Positions 1-8,165 of a stretch of 41,400 bases of DNA are shown piece after piece. The notes under the pieces are model-generated. The model was not told the origin of the DNA. It searched no databases and saw nothing but the letters and a program-made list of their open reading frames with translations. Numbering within the stretch: position 1 is the first letter of the stretch; the number at the start of each line of letters is the position of its first letter. Source of the DNA: a virus (taxonomy: Duplodnaviria > Caudoviricetes); the IMG/VR virus record IMGVR_UViG_3300025033_000033, positions 1 through 41,400 of that record; one strand, written 5' to 3'. Both the position numbers and the translations under genes were made by a program.

Positions 1-90
1 CTTAATTTCCTTGATTATTTGTTTTTTCGAATACTCTAAATTTGACCTAATTATCCTAAATACTTCCACTTGGAGCTCTAAGTCGTCCAT
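1..90 (-). CDS. Hypothetical protein, partial (runs off the window start)
   Basis: ATG at 90 just after the YopX stop, preceded by AAAGGGG; reads MDDLELQVEVFRIIRSNLEYSKKQIIKEIK with no stop before position 1. Confidence 0.55.
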   Translation of the reverse strand, partial: MDDLELQVEVFRIIRSNLEYSKKQIIKEIK

Positions 91-91
91 A

Positions 92-460
92 TCATTCCCC
101 TTTCTGCATTAGCTCATGGTTTTGGTGAATGTTGCCGATAACTTCTACAGATTTAAAATCAATAACTCCAAAGCTACAAACTGGAAAACTGCAATCTTCT
201 TGTTCTATTTGGTATTCAAGCCAGTCTTCACTAAAGAACACTACGCCTCTCACATCGCAAATATCATTTACCTCTGTTTTTGCTGTGACAATATCACCCT
301 CGTAAACTTCAACGGCATTCTTATCCTTTATGCCTGTGTATTGGCGTCGATACTTCACTGGGCCTGTTTCTGAGAAGTCCAAGCCAAACTCTATTTGCTG
401 TAATGTGTATCTCAATGGTGGATGACTCTCAAATCCATACTCAAACTTAATTTCTCTCAT
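92..460 (-). CDS. YopX-family phage protein
   Basis: MREIKF start, QYTGIKDKN..EVYEGDIV and EVIGNIHQN motifs typical of YopX. Confidence 0.85.
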   Translation of the reverse strand: MREIKFEYGFESHPPLRYTLQQIEFGLDFSETGPVKYRRQYTGIKDKNAVEVYEGDIVTAKTEVNDICDVRGVVFFSEDWLEYQIEQEDCSFPVCSFGVIDFKSVEVIGNIHQNHELMQKGE

Positions 461-818
461 TTAGTTTACTCCTCTTAAATAAGACAGCTCCAAATCCATC
501 AGATCCGACTTTAATTGTGTCAATAAATTTTGGCTTGATTGGTAAATTAAATTTTTCCATGCCTCTAAATTTTTCTGGTATTACCAGCTCTTTGTACTCG
601 TAATGGTAAACTTCCTTTTTGAAAGGCCAGAAGCCTTTATATCCAGTTATTGCTTTTCGACGAGGAACTACTATGTGTGGAAGAGCCGAATACTGACTAA
701 CATTACCGCAACTCCAGCATGTACAGCTTTTATATATATCGTATCCATTAACTTCAGATGCGCAATTATTACAAATACACACTGAACCCCATTTACCGTA
801 TTTTACGACTTCACTCAT
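447..818 (-). CDS. Hypothetical Cys-rich (possible Zn-binding) protein
   Basis: 123-aa ORF with CICNNC and CTCWSC; AGGAGAG ribosome binding site upstream. Confidence 0.65.
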   Translation of the reverse strand: MSEVVKYGKWGSVCICNNCASEVNGYDIYKSCTCWSCGNVSQYSALPHIVVPRRKAITGYKGFWPFKKEVYHYEYKELVIPEKFRGMEKFNLPIKPKFIDTIKVGSDGFGAVLFKRSKLNERN

Positions 819-838
819 ATCATTTCTCTCCTAAAATC

Positions 839-868
839 AAAAGACCTGCACAGTATGCAGGTCTTTTT
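839..868 (-). terminator. Intrinsic terminator after nrdJ (possibly bidirectional), overlapping a promoter
   Basis: AAAAGACCTGCA-cagta-TGCAGGTCTTTT perfect hairpin flanked by A/T runs; minus-strand TTGACA (880-875) with a 17-nt spacer to CATACT. Confidence 0.8.
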
Positions 869-886
869 TAATGGTGTCAATAGTTT

Positions 887-2068
887 TTATACTATTTCGC
901 AAACTCCACCAGAACAAGCTTGCGCACCTGTCGTATTAACATCAACGTACTTTGGCTTTATGTCTGCATTTTCCCAATCAATTGCCTTGAATGCTTTAGT
1001 GACATTCTCCCATTTATGAAGAAGATGCACATCCTTTAACAAGTAAGTTGTTTGGCGCTTATCTCCATCAAAATACTTATCTGCAAACTTATCGAACCTA
1101 CGAACCCAGTCGCGCTTCAAAGCATTTTTACTTGTGGCATGAGTTAGTTCAGCCTTCCCATCTGGGTTTGATCCATCCGCAACAGCACAAGCTCTCCACA
1201 GGTCAGCTTCATAAGCATTTAGCGCATCAACAATTAACCCTGATGCGAACATCGATGCAACTCCATATTCATCGATTATTTCTTGCTCAGTTTTTACCTC
1301 TGTAAATGGTGCTTGAGCATAATCCTTGTCTCCACTCGGAGGAAGGAAGCTAATGCCAGCAAAGCTCTCCTTGTTCTCCCAAACATATTCCTCAACCTCA
1401 TCCCAATCATCAACAGTAATTGTGTTTGAGATGTTGTGTCGCAACATTGGGTGATTGCCAAGCTCAGGTCTAGTTCCATGCTCAACCCAAGAGTTCTGTG
1501 CTTTTTTAACGTACTCTAAAAGCTTAACACCCATTAAATCCTTTTTAAACTTAGCGCCTTCTGGAGCTATGATTGGGAATGAAATTACAACATCTTTCCC
1601 GCTCGCAGACCATACAGAGTCTTCAACAGCATCTGGATTTATTCGCTTAAATTCCTTTGGTACATCCTCATTAACGTTCGCCTGCATATTTCTGAAGTAC
1701 CGCTTGCTATGGTGAGGGTGAATCCCTGAAGCAGTGCCAAGCAATACCGACGAGTTGCCAGCGGGTTTTGTGCAACTTATTCTCGCAGCCTTGTTGATGC
1801 CAATCAAGTCGGCAACCTCAGCGTTAATTTCTTTTGCGTACTCAGCCAAGCATTTCATGTTGTCGTCGTCGAAAAGAAAATCTGGATTCTCCATCCACCC
1901 AGTAATGCTTACGCCAAGCAATGCTTCTTTCTCAAATGCCTCCTTAGTTGCTTTGTCTCCATATTCAAAATCTGTGTAACCAGCTTGCAACGTCCCAATA
2001 ATTGTTGCAGCCTTCACAGCCCTCTTTGCATTTTCCATGTTATTCATTACGCCTCCATTACATTCGGT
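887..2068 (-). CDS. nrdJ: Class II (adenosylcobalamin-dependent, monomeric RTPR-type) ribonucleotide reductase, exon 3
   Basis: Frame extends upstream of ATG 2047 as TECNGGV, completing CNLTE after splicing; LLGVSITG, CTKPAGNSS, HNISNTI, GISFLP, YAQAPF and C-terminal CSGGVC. Confidence 0.9.
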   Translation of the reverse strand, partial: TECNGGVMNNMENAKRAVKAATIIGTLQAGYTDFEYGDKATKEAFEKEALLGVSITGWMENPDFLFDDDNMKCLAEYAKEINAEVADLIGINKAARISCTKPAGNSSVLLGTASGIHPHHSKRYFRNMQANVNEDVPKEFKRINPDAVEDSVWSASGKDVVISFPIIAPEGAKFKKDLMGVKLLEYVKKAQNSWVEHGTRPELGNHPMLRHNISNTITVDDWDEVEEYVWENKESFAGISFLPPSGDKDYAQAPFTEVKTEQEIIDEYGVASMFASGLIVDALNAYEADLWRACAVADGSNPDGKAELTHATSKNALKRDWVRRFDKFADKYFDGDKRQTTYLLKDVHLLHKWENVTKAFKAIDWENADIKPKYVDVNTTGAQACSGGVCEIV

Positions 2069-2813
2069 CAGTTATGTTGAAAGAGGGTCGTTAATCCTCT
2101 CCGGTTTCTTCATAGGTTTTTAGTATGTATTTTGCAAATAACAATAATTGCTCTGCACTTGCATTTGCCTTCATAGCATTTGCTATTTGGCTTATTACTT
2201 GGATATTATCTTGTGTATACCCTTTTGAGTTGTCAATTCTATCTAAAGAATACGAGCTATCATAAGCTCCTGGCCTTCCAGAATTAACCTTTAACTCAAT
2301 CCCTAATATAGGACATACTTTTGGCAAAAATATATCTTCAACCTCAAGAGTAGATTCCATTCCTTTTGCTCTTGCTCTCTGTTTCGCTCTTTGCCACATT
2401 CTTTTTTCAGGAGTCTGCGATTTGACTCTTTTTGAATTGCATGGTTTGCATATTTTCATTCTGCAACCAAACTTTCTCTTCTCAAAAATACAGCCGCACA
2501 TAGTACATTCTCTATGTGTCTCAGTCTCAAAATACCCATTCCTATTTTTTCTCATAAATCACCCTCATGTTGATCTATGAAGAAACTCCTGCATGTTTCC
2601 ATGCAGCTCAGACTATATCATCACCAATCGCTACTTGGTGGAGGGTGCTTCCTCTCACTTGAGAGTACGAAGTTCATCTACTCATAAAGAGTAGGTATCT
2701 TCTAGTCGTTGAACCTTCTAAAGGGTCGCCCCTAAAGCTTGGCTGCTGATTACCTTATGCTACGCACTTAGGCTTCCCAGCAATTCACCCTCTTTTACAA
2801 CCTCTACTCAATA
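2069..2813 (-). mobile_element. Group I intron 2 (IA2-like, 745 nt) carrying a homing endonuclease
   Basis: P1: exon UGUAACCUU pairs with GAGGUUGUA, U.G at the splice site; core GAAUUGCUGGGAAG, AAUCAGCAGCCAAG, GGUUCAACGACUAG, GAUAUAGUC; P7.1/P7.2-like insert; P9 CUGCAUG-GAAA-CAUGCAG; terminal G at 2069. Confidence 0.92.
2091..2555 (-). CDS. Intron-encoded His-Me finger (HNH-like) homing endonuclease
   Basis: CTMC/CKPC Zn motifs, CPILG, SLDRIDNSKGYTQDNIQVISQIANAMK; lies 3' of P7' and P9 inside intron 2; GAGGGTG Shine-Dalgarno. Confidence 0.85.
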   Translation of the reverse strand: MRKNRNGYFETETHRECTMCGCIFEKRKFGCRMKICKPCNSKRVKSQTPEKRMWQRAKQRARAKGMESTLEVEDIFLPKVCPILGIELKVNSGRPGAYDSSYSLDRIDNSKGYTQDNIQVISQIANAMKANASAEQLLLFAKYILKTYEETGED

Positions 2814-2878
2814 AAGGTTACATCCCTGAAATGCACTGACTCCAGAAGGAGATACAGGCATGAATGATATTTCTACGC
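2814..2878 (-). CDS. nrdJ: nrdJ exon 2 (65-nt micro-exon)
   Basis: GC GTA GAA ATA ... CAG GGA TGT AAC CTT; with the last T of exon 1 gives (NP)CVEISFMPVSPSGVSAFQGCNL. Confidence 0.92.
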
Positions 2879-3056
2879 CTCACACCGCAAGTATCAATGA
2901 CTTTCTTGCTGTGCGCTGGACTATCGCTCGCACCTATTAAGATGCCCCTCTCGCTTAGTCTCTCACGCTGGCTTTACCCTTGCGCCCTGTAAGTGTGTCA
3001 TCACCGTCCAAGTCAATCAGAGAAGGTTTTAAATCCGCACGTTATTTAATTGGCTA
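2879..3056 (-). ncRNA. Group I intron 1, ORF-less, 178 nt
   Basis: P1: exon AAUCCGU pairs with GCGGAUU (U.G); P3 CCUUCUC/GAGAGGGG; P7 GACUA/UAGUC; P8 GCAUCU-UAAU-AGGUGC; terminal G at 2879; removal restores NPCVEI. Confidence 0.9.
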
Positions 3057-4029
3057 ACGGATTGAACATAAATTCGGTGCTTTCGCTCCAAATAATTCCC
3101 GGCTCTCCAAACTGCTTTATTGATTTAAAAAGCTTTCCATAAGTTTCTCTCGCTGTCTCACTCCTTACCAGCATCACTGAATTATTTGATCTTGCTCTCT
3201 GAGGGTTTTTAACAAACCAGTCACCAGTTTTAGCTTCGATCATTTCTTCGTCATCTGGACTGCAAATTGAGATACTTGCGCTTCTTCGAATCCCGCCTGA
3301 AAGTACAGCATCAGATGTGTGCATTACAATGTCGTACACATGAATTGGACGCAATACATCTCCATCTTTTATTGCGCTTTCAATCACCGATTCGATTTTA
3401 TTTAGCGAAGCACGTAATCCGTCAGGGCCAGGAGCTTTAAACCCGCCAGAAATAAGTGATCCCTCTGGTCGAATCTCACTGAAATCAAAAAGAACATTAC
3501 ACCCAGAATACTCCTTGAAAGTACCGCCACCTTCAAAATAAGATGACATTAAAACACCAATTGCATCAGACCATCCTTCGATGGTATCGGGGACAACGAA
3601 GATTTTCGCCTCTCCTGATCGCTGCTTTATTTTCGGTAATTTTTTCACGTGATGCTTTTGTACGCTAAAACCAACGCCACCACCTTGCAATAACCACCAC
3701 ATCGTGTCTTGGAAAAACGATGGTCGATCAGCATAACTGGTAAGACAATTAAATTGCCTTCCATTTTTACGCAACATTGGTTCACCGCCAAATTGAAGAC
3801 TTCGCTGTGATGCCAAGCAAAACTTATCCTTGTAAGCGTGAGTTGCAAAATCAATCAAATCTGAAAGACGCTCACTTAAGCTTATTTTGCTTTTATACTT
3901 TTCCTTGTGCATATCCATGACACGATCAACAGCCTCATCCCAAGTCTCGTAGCGGCCTTCTTTGTCATTCCAAGCTGAATACCCTTTTATGAAGTTGTAC
4001 TTGCTCATTTCATTTGTATAGTCCATCAA
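3057..4029 (-). CDS. nrdJ: Class II ribonucleotide reductase, exon 1
   Basis: ETWDEAVDRV, QFNCLTSY, GGGVGFSV, VLSGGIRRSA, RARSNNSV, GEPGI; similarity stops at FNP, exactly where NPCxE is expected. Confidence 0.92.
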
Positions 4030-4271
4030 ATCCCCTTAAAAATTTCGTTTATCTCGTTAATATTAAACCCAATGACTCGCTTGGATTCACCGCCATCTTT
4101 CATAGCAATCGTTGTCGGCACACCCCTTACACCAAACTTACGTGCTGCTTCAGAGCCTTCATCAGTATCTATGTCGTAGACCTTACTAAAACTCATTCCA
4201 TTGTTGTTTGTGAATTCTTTTAATTGCTTGCATGGTGCGCACCAAGATGCGCTGAATAAGATTACTTCCAC
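4026..4271 (-). CDS. Thioredoxin
   Basis: FSASWCAPCK active site and GVRGVPT cis-Pro motif; GTG start with AAGGAG; 4-nt overlap with nrdJ. Confidence 0.9.
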   Translation of the reverse strand: MEVILFSASWCAPCKQLKEFTNNNGMSFSKVYDIDTDEGSEAARKFGVRGVPTTIAMKDGGESKRVIGFNINEINEIFKGI

Positions 4272-4286
4272 TTGATCTCCTTAGAA

Positions 4287-4308
4287 TAAAAAGCCCTGAC
4301 TTCAGGGC
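4287..4308 (-). terminator. Putative intrinsic terminator
   Basis: Minus strand GCCCTGA-AG-TCAGGGC followed by TTTTTATT. Confidence 0.6.
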
Positions 4309-4316
4309 GGTTGTGA

Positions 4317-4326
4317 ATTATATCAT
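4317..4326 (-). promoter_or_regulatory. Extended -10 promoter motif ATGATATAAT
   Basis: Perfect TGnTATAAT in an intergenic gap; the same 10-mer recurs upstream of several minus-strand genes. Confidence 0.6.
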
Positions 4327-4342
4327 GGAGCTTCCTTTATGG

Positions 4343-5926
4343 CTACCTCCATTTTCCATTTTTAATTGTAACAATGGCTCGTTTTCCGTTCTTATAGGTC
4401 AAAATATGTGAGTTAGACCAGCTACTTCCGCCAACGTTGTACCCCATATCCAAATTGCCACTTACGCCAGCCATATACACACCATCTAGGATAGTTGCAG
4501 AGTGACCGTGACCTATGTTCGACTTGCTTCCTTGAACCTGAAAAGCTCGAATAGAGCCTCTGCCGCCATTATTGCCATTATGACCATGTTGACCGCACTC
4601 AATGCCTCCGCATATCACAAATTGCTCATCCGTCTTCAAGAACTCTATGCCAGAAATATCACCAGCCATTTCGCAAGCCTTTTTAAAGACATTAAACGCT
4701 TTGTCTCCACTTGCGATTGCTTTGTAGCTCTCAAGTTGCAGTTCAAGGAAGAATAAAGCATTTGCAGGATCAAGTCTATAGTCAGATGATGTCAACCACC
4801 GTTTTAATGCAAGATCGTGATTGCTCTCGACGACAATAACCTTACTCCACTCTCGTTTCATTGACTGCATAACATCAAGAGTAATTGCAACCTCATCACT
4901 CACTGAGTCAGTGTTATTACAGTGCATCTCAAATCTGAAGTATTGATTGCCAATATTGTGATGGTTTCGATATTTCATGTCAAAAACATCGTGAATGAAC
5001 TGATACTTTGGTTTCAATGTATCAAGTATTGAGCTTTCGTTATTCCAGCTAATATCAGCCACATCATCGTCTAACTGAGCCGCATGAATGTCACCCCAAT
5101 TAACCGCTTCAATTGCATTACCAGAGGAAACCCCTTCTGGAGTGTAGTATTTATCAAGGTCATAAAAGCAGCCTGTCTTAGAGTCTGCATTCAACTGACG
5201 AACAAACCAGTCTCCATCATCGTCAACAGTTACGTACAGCGCACCAAACACATGATGGAACTCTGCCTTTTGTCCTGCTTTTCGTTGAATGTAATTCATC
5301 TGCGTAACACTTCCGGTTGTGTAAAGCATCTTAGCAGGCGTGTGCTTGCTTGTTGGAAGGGATTGCAGTTGTACCTTCGCGTGAGGAATAATGCCGCTAT
5401 TCGTTCCTGTATAGCTATGAAATCCAGATAGTGGATTTGCTGCTGTTGGTAGAATGTCGAGTGATCCACACCAAATTAAATCATTGGCCAAAAAACAATC
5501 TTCATCAAGAACGTATTCTTGAATTTTTGGATCGAACCAATTGTTATCGTCTTCAGTGGTGTTTTGAAATCCATTTTTATTGTAATGGAATCTTCCGGCG
5601 ATTAGTCTTGCGTCATTTTCCTTTGCAAAAACCTTTAGCGATTCAAGAAATTCATTGTGAACAAACGTATTGTTCTGTGCAGAAAACAGAACGAATCGCC
5701 TTCCATCAAGTCGCTTTCTTTTTTCGTGCATAGCAACTTTTGTTCCGCTTGCGACAGGCTTCTTGTCGTTTGCTTCCCAGAAATCACTAAACGACTCGCG
5801 CCTAAGAAACCGCCCAACGGCGGTCTTAGATGAGCCAATATGATTCGCTATCTCCCGATGAGACATTCCCTCATCAAGCGATAGCCTGACGATCTCTAAA
5901 AGATCGTCATTCGTTAATCCACTCAT
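4343..5926 (-). CDS. N-terminal HTH plus calcineurin-like metallophosphoesterase/nuclease (resembles T5 A1-type proteins)
   Basis: MSHREIANHIGSSKTAVGRFL HTH; WGDIH, HDVFD, ESNHD, QHGH and GHGHS metal-binding motifs. Confidence 0.7.
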   Translation of the reverse strand: MSGLTNDDLLEIVRLSLDEGMSHREIANHIGSSKTAVGRFLRRESFSDFWEANDKKPVASGTKVAMHEKRKRLDGRRFVLFSAQNNTFVHNEFLESLKVFAKENDARLIAGRFHYNKNGFQNTTEDDNNWFDPKIQEYVLDEDCFLANDLIWCGSLDILPTAANPLSGFHSYTGTNSGIIPHAKVQLQSLPTSKHTPAKMLYTTGSVTQMNYIQRKAGQKAEFHHVFGALYVTVDDDGDWFVRQLNADSKTGCFYDLDKYYTPEGVSSGNAIEAVNWGDIHAAQLDDDVADISWNNESSILDTLKPKYQFIHDVFDMKYRNHHNIGNQYFRFEMHCNNTDSVSDEVAITLDVMQSMKREWSKVIVVESNHDLALKRWLTSSDYRLDPANALFFLELQLESYKAIASGDKAFNVFKKACEMAGDISGIEFLKTDEQFVICGGIECGQHGHNGNNGGRGSIRAFQVQGSKSNIGHGHSATILDGVYMAGVSGNLDMGYNVGGSSWSNSHILTYKNGKRAIVTIKNGKWR

Positions 5927-5940
5927 ATTTCCTCCTAGTT

Positions 5941-6522
5941 TTAGTGTACTGTCTGCTCTAGTTCTTCCTGTTCTTCAGCAAGAAGCGCTCTGTGCTCGAT
6001 GAGAACATCCAATCGCTCTTTTATTTCATCAGCGTTTAAGTAAACATCGCCAGCGGTTTTTACTTTCTCAATCTCGTCTAGTGTCAAGAACACACCATAA
6101 GTATCGTCGATAAATTTATTGATGTTGCTCATGACAGAGGTTACGTGTTTTGCCAAGTTTGATGGTGTTCCGCCAGATTGCAAAAATCCTTCATGGATCA
6201 TCATTGTCGCGTGATCGCTAATATAGAAATAATCACAGTTCAAAAAAATTGCAGAAGCAGCACTAGACGCATCGCCAATCAAAAAGCCGCCAATATTGCA
6301 TTGACACAAGCTCATTGCAGATAAGATGCTTTTCATTCCGTATGCGTCACCACCAGGTGAGTTTATATAAAGAATAATATTATCATCTTGTTTTGCAGAG
6401 ACCATGACCTCTACAAGCGCCCTATAATATTCTGGCGACTTGATCTCCTCATCAAGGTGAAATGAATATTCTGTTGCTGTACTCTCATTAGCTGTTGGCA
6501 GTAAAATATCTATATCTTCCAT
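5941..6522 (-). CDS. ClpP-like serine protease
   Basis: LYINSPGGD, ASSAAS (Ser), MMIHE (His), GDVYLNADE (Asp). Confidence 0.85.
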   Translation of the reverse strand: MEDIDILLPTANESTATEYSFHLDEEIKSPEYYRALVEVMVSAKQDDNIILYINSPGGDAYGMKSILSAMSLCQCNIGGFLIGDASSAASAIFLNCDYFYISDHATMMIHEGFLQSGGTPSNLAKHVTSVMSNINKFIDDTYGVFLTLDEIEKVKTAGDVYLNADEIKERLDVLIEHRALLAEEQEELEQTVH

Positions 6523-6535
6523 TATCCCTCCTAAT

Positions 6536-7630
6536 TTAAACCATTACTTGGCTGATTATGCAGGTAAATCCGTCTTCTTCAATAACCATTGGACTTACCT
6601 TGTTGTCGTAAATTTTGCATGTGATTGTATCAGACTTTATGTGCCTTAACCCATGTAACACAAAACTTGGATCATAGGCTAGCTTCATTGGCTCAGACCC
6701 TACATGAGTCATTGGAATTGCATCGCTAATCTCATTGGCATCACCGATAATAAATTTACCAACAACAACAGCCTCAACATCGCCAATATCCGCATTAATG
6801 ATACAGCGACTATTTCTTGGGTCGTCAGCGATAGAGCTAACACGTTTCAAACACTCTGTCATTTGCTCTTTACTGAAAGTTAGTTCATGCTTGATATTAA
6901 ATCTTCCACTTGGATTTGCAGCTCTAAAGTTTAAATACTTCATGTCAATCAGCGGCAAGAAAGTCTTAAAGTCAGTTCCAGAAATAATCACATGACTTCT
7001 ACTTAACTGCATTCTTGTGCATTCTGCAATATCCTTAGCAGCAACAGTAATTAGATTGATTGGAATAATAAACTCATCAAATAATCCTGAGCATGGCACT
7101 GATTTTATTGCGATGAAATGCTTATTTGTTGCAGCAACTTTTGCACTGTCTTCATCTCTCGAAACAACAACGCCATTTATCGCTTTGTTTATATCGTCCT
7201 TCGCACTAGCAAATGAAACCATGCTTATTGCCTCTGACAGCGCGACAAAATCAATATCTATATCAATGAACGAACCTGTATTGATTGTAGGTATCAGAGA
7301 TTGGTCAATAACCGGTGACTTTACGCGAGACTTTCCACAAACAATAACTGCCGATCCATTATCTGCTTTTATTGAGATGAATTTATCCTTTGGCAATGTC
7401 TTTAGTAAACTAATTAGCTTGTCAAAACGAACAGCTATCTCAAGAGGATCTCCAGTCGAGTTAATGGTTACTGATTTTTGTATTCTGCCATCAACTGCTG
7501 TAAGTATTGCTTCTCCATCATTCGATGAAATCAAAACGTGTTTGCTTGGCTCGTCTTTTGCTTTTGCCGCAACAACAGCAAGTCTATTCATTGCCTCAAG
7601 TAAGTCTTCTACCTTAAAATTAATCTTCAT
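6536..7630 (-). CDS. dnaN: DNA polymerase III beta-like sliding clamp
   Basis: 364 aa three-domain size; LTAVDG, VSFASAKDDINKAINGV, VAATNKHFIA, LIDMKYLNFRA and C-terminal IISQVMV parallel DnaN motifs. Confidence 0.8.
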   Translation of the reverse strand: MKINFKVEDLLEAMNRLAVVAAKAKDEPSKHVLISSNDGEAILTAVDGRIQKSVTINSTGDPLEIAVRFDKLISLLKTLPKDKFISIKADNGSAVIVCGKSRVKSPVIDQSLIPTINTGSFIDIDIDFVALSEAISMVSFASAKDDINKAINGVVVSRDEDSAKVAATNKHFIAIKSVPCSGLFDEFIIPINLITVAAKDIAECTRMQLSRSHVIISGTDFKTFLPLIDMKYLNFRAANPSGRFNIKHELTFSKEQMTECLKRVSSIADDPRNSRCIINADIGDVEAVVVGKFIIGDANEISDAIPMTHVGSEPMKLAYDPSFVLHGLRHIKSDTITCKIYDNKVSPMVIEEDGFTCIISQVMV

Positions 7631-8096
7631 CAGCGAATAACTCCATTTGAGCAGAGTCTACAAAGCGTATGTGATCATTAATCCGCTGATAATCAACCGA
7701 TGTTAATGATTTTACGGGTACGGTTATTGAATCGATTCCGTACAGCTTTAGAACTTCATCCTGCGAACATCCATCAGAAAACATGTAAACTGCATTCGCT
7801 AAATCTGTAGCTGTGATGCCTGTCGATGTTGGCGAGACAACACCAAGATGTCTTGCTCGTGAGTAAAGTGATGCCATATCACATGATAGAGCTTCACACA
7901 ACTCCTCTTTGCTTGATAGGTAAAAGAAAGTAAGAATCATACTGTCTTCTGCTGAAGACCATTGTGATTTTTTCTTGATTTCTAGTGTATGTTGAAAAAG
8001 CGAACTTGCTACTTGCAAGGCAACTTCGTGAGTGCATGAGTCAATTATTTCGTTGACGATTCTTTGTGATTTTTCTTTAGGTGTATCTTCTTTCAT
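7620..8096 (-). CDS. Hypothetical protein with a helical/HTH-like core and C-terminal QMELF motif
   Basis: ATG 8096 with GGGAGG preferred over the ORF-track start; WS.AED..L and SLYSRARHLGV resemble Myb/HTH-like helices. Confidence 0.65.
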   Translation of the reverse strand: MKEDTPKEKSQRIVNEIIDSCTHEVALQVASSLFQHTLEIKKKSQWSSAEDSMILTFFYLSSKEELCEALSCDMASLYSRARHLGVVSPTSTGITATDLANAVYMFSDGCSQDEVLKLYGIDSITVPVKSLTSVDYQRINDHIRFVDSAQMELFADED

Positions 8097-8136
8097 ATTA
8101 ATCCTCCCAGACTTCGATTTAAACAATCATAGGAGG

Positions 8137-8165
8137 ATTATCTAGTAAAATTAACGACTTGTCAA
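8137..8165 (-). promoter_or_regulatory. Sigma70-type promoter
   Basis: TTGACA (8165-8160), 17-nt spacer, GATAAT (8142-8137). Confidence 0.7.

Noticed and set aside
887-4029. nrdJ as two separate subunits, a pseudogene or an intein-split gene
   Set aside because: The gaps contain stop codons and group I RNA cores, and precise removal restores the frame and catalytic motifs
7017-7640. 207-aa plus-strand ORF and similar antisense ORFs (e.g. 33597-33986, 19718-20098)
   Set aside because: Shadow frames of well-supported genes, with no RBS or recognisable motifs
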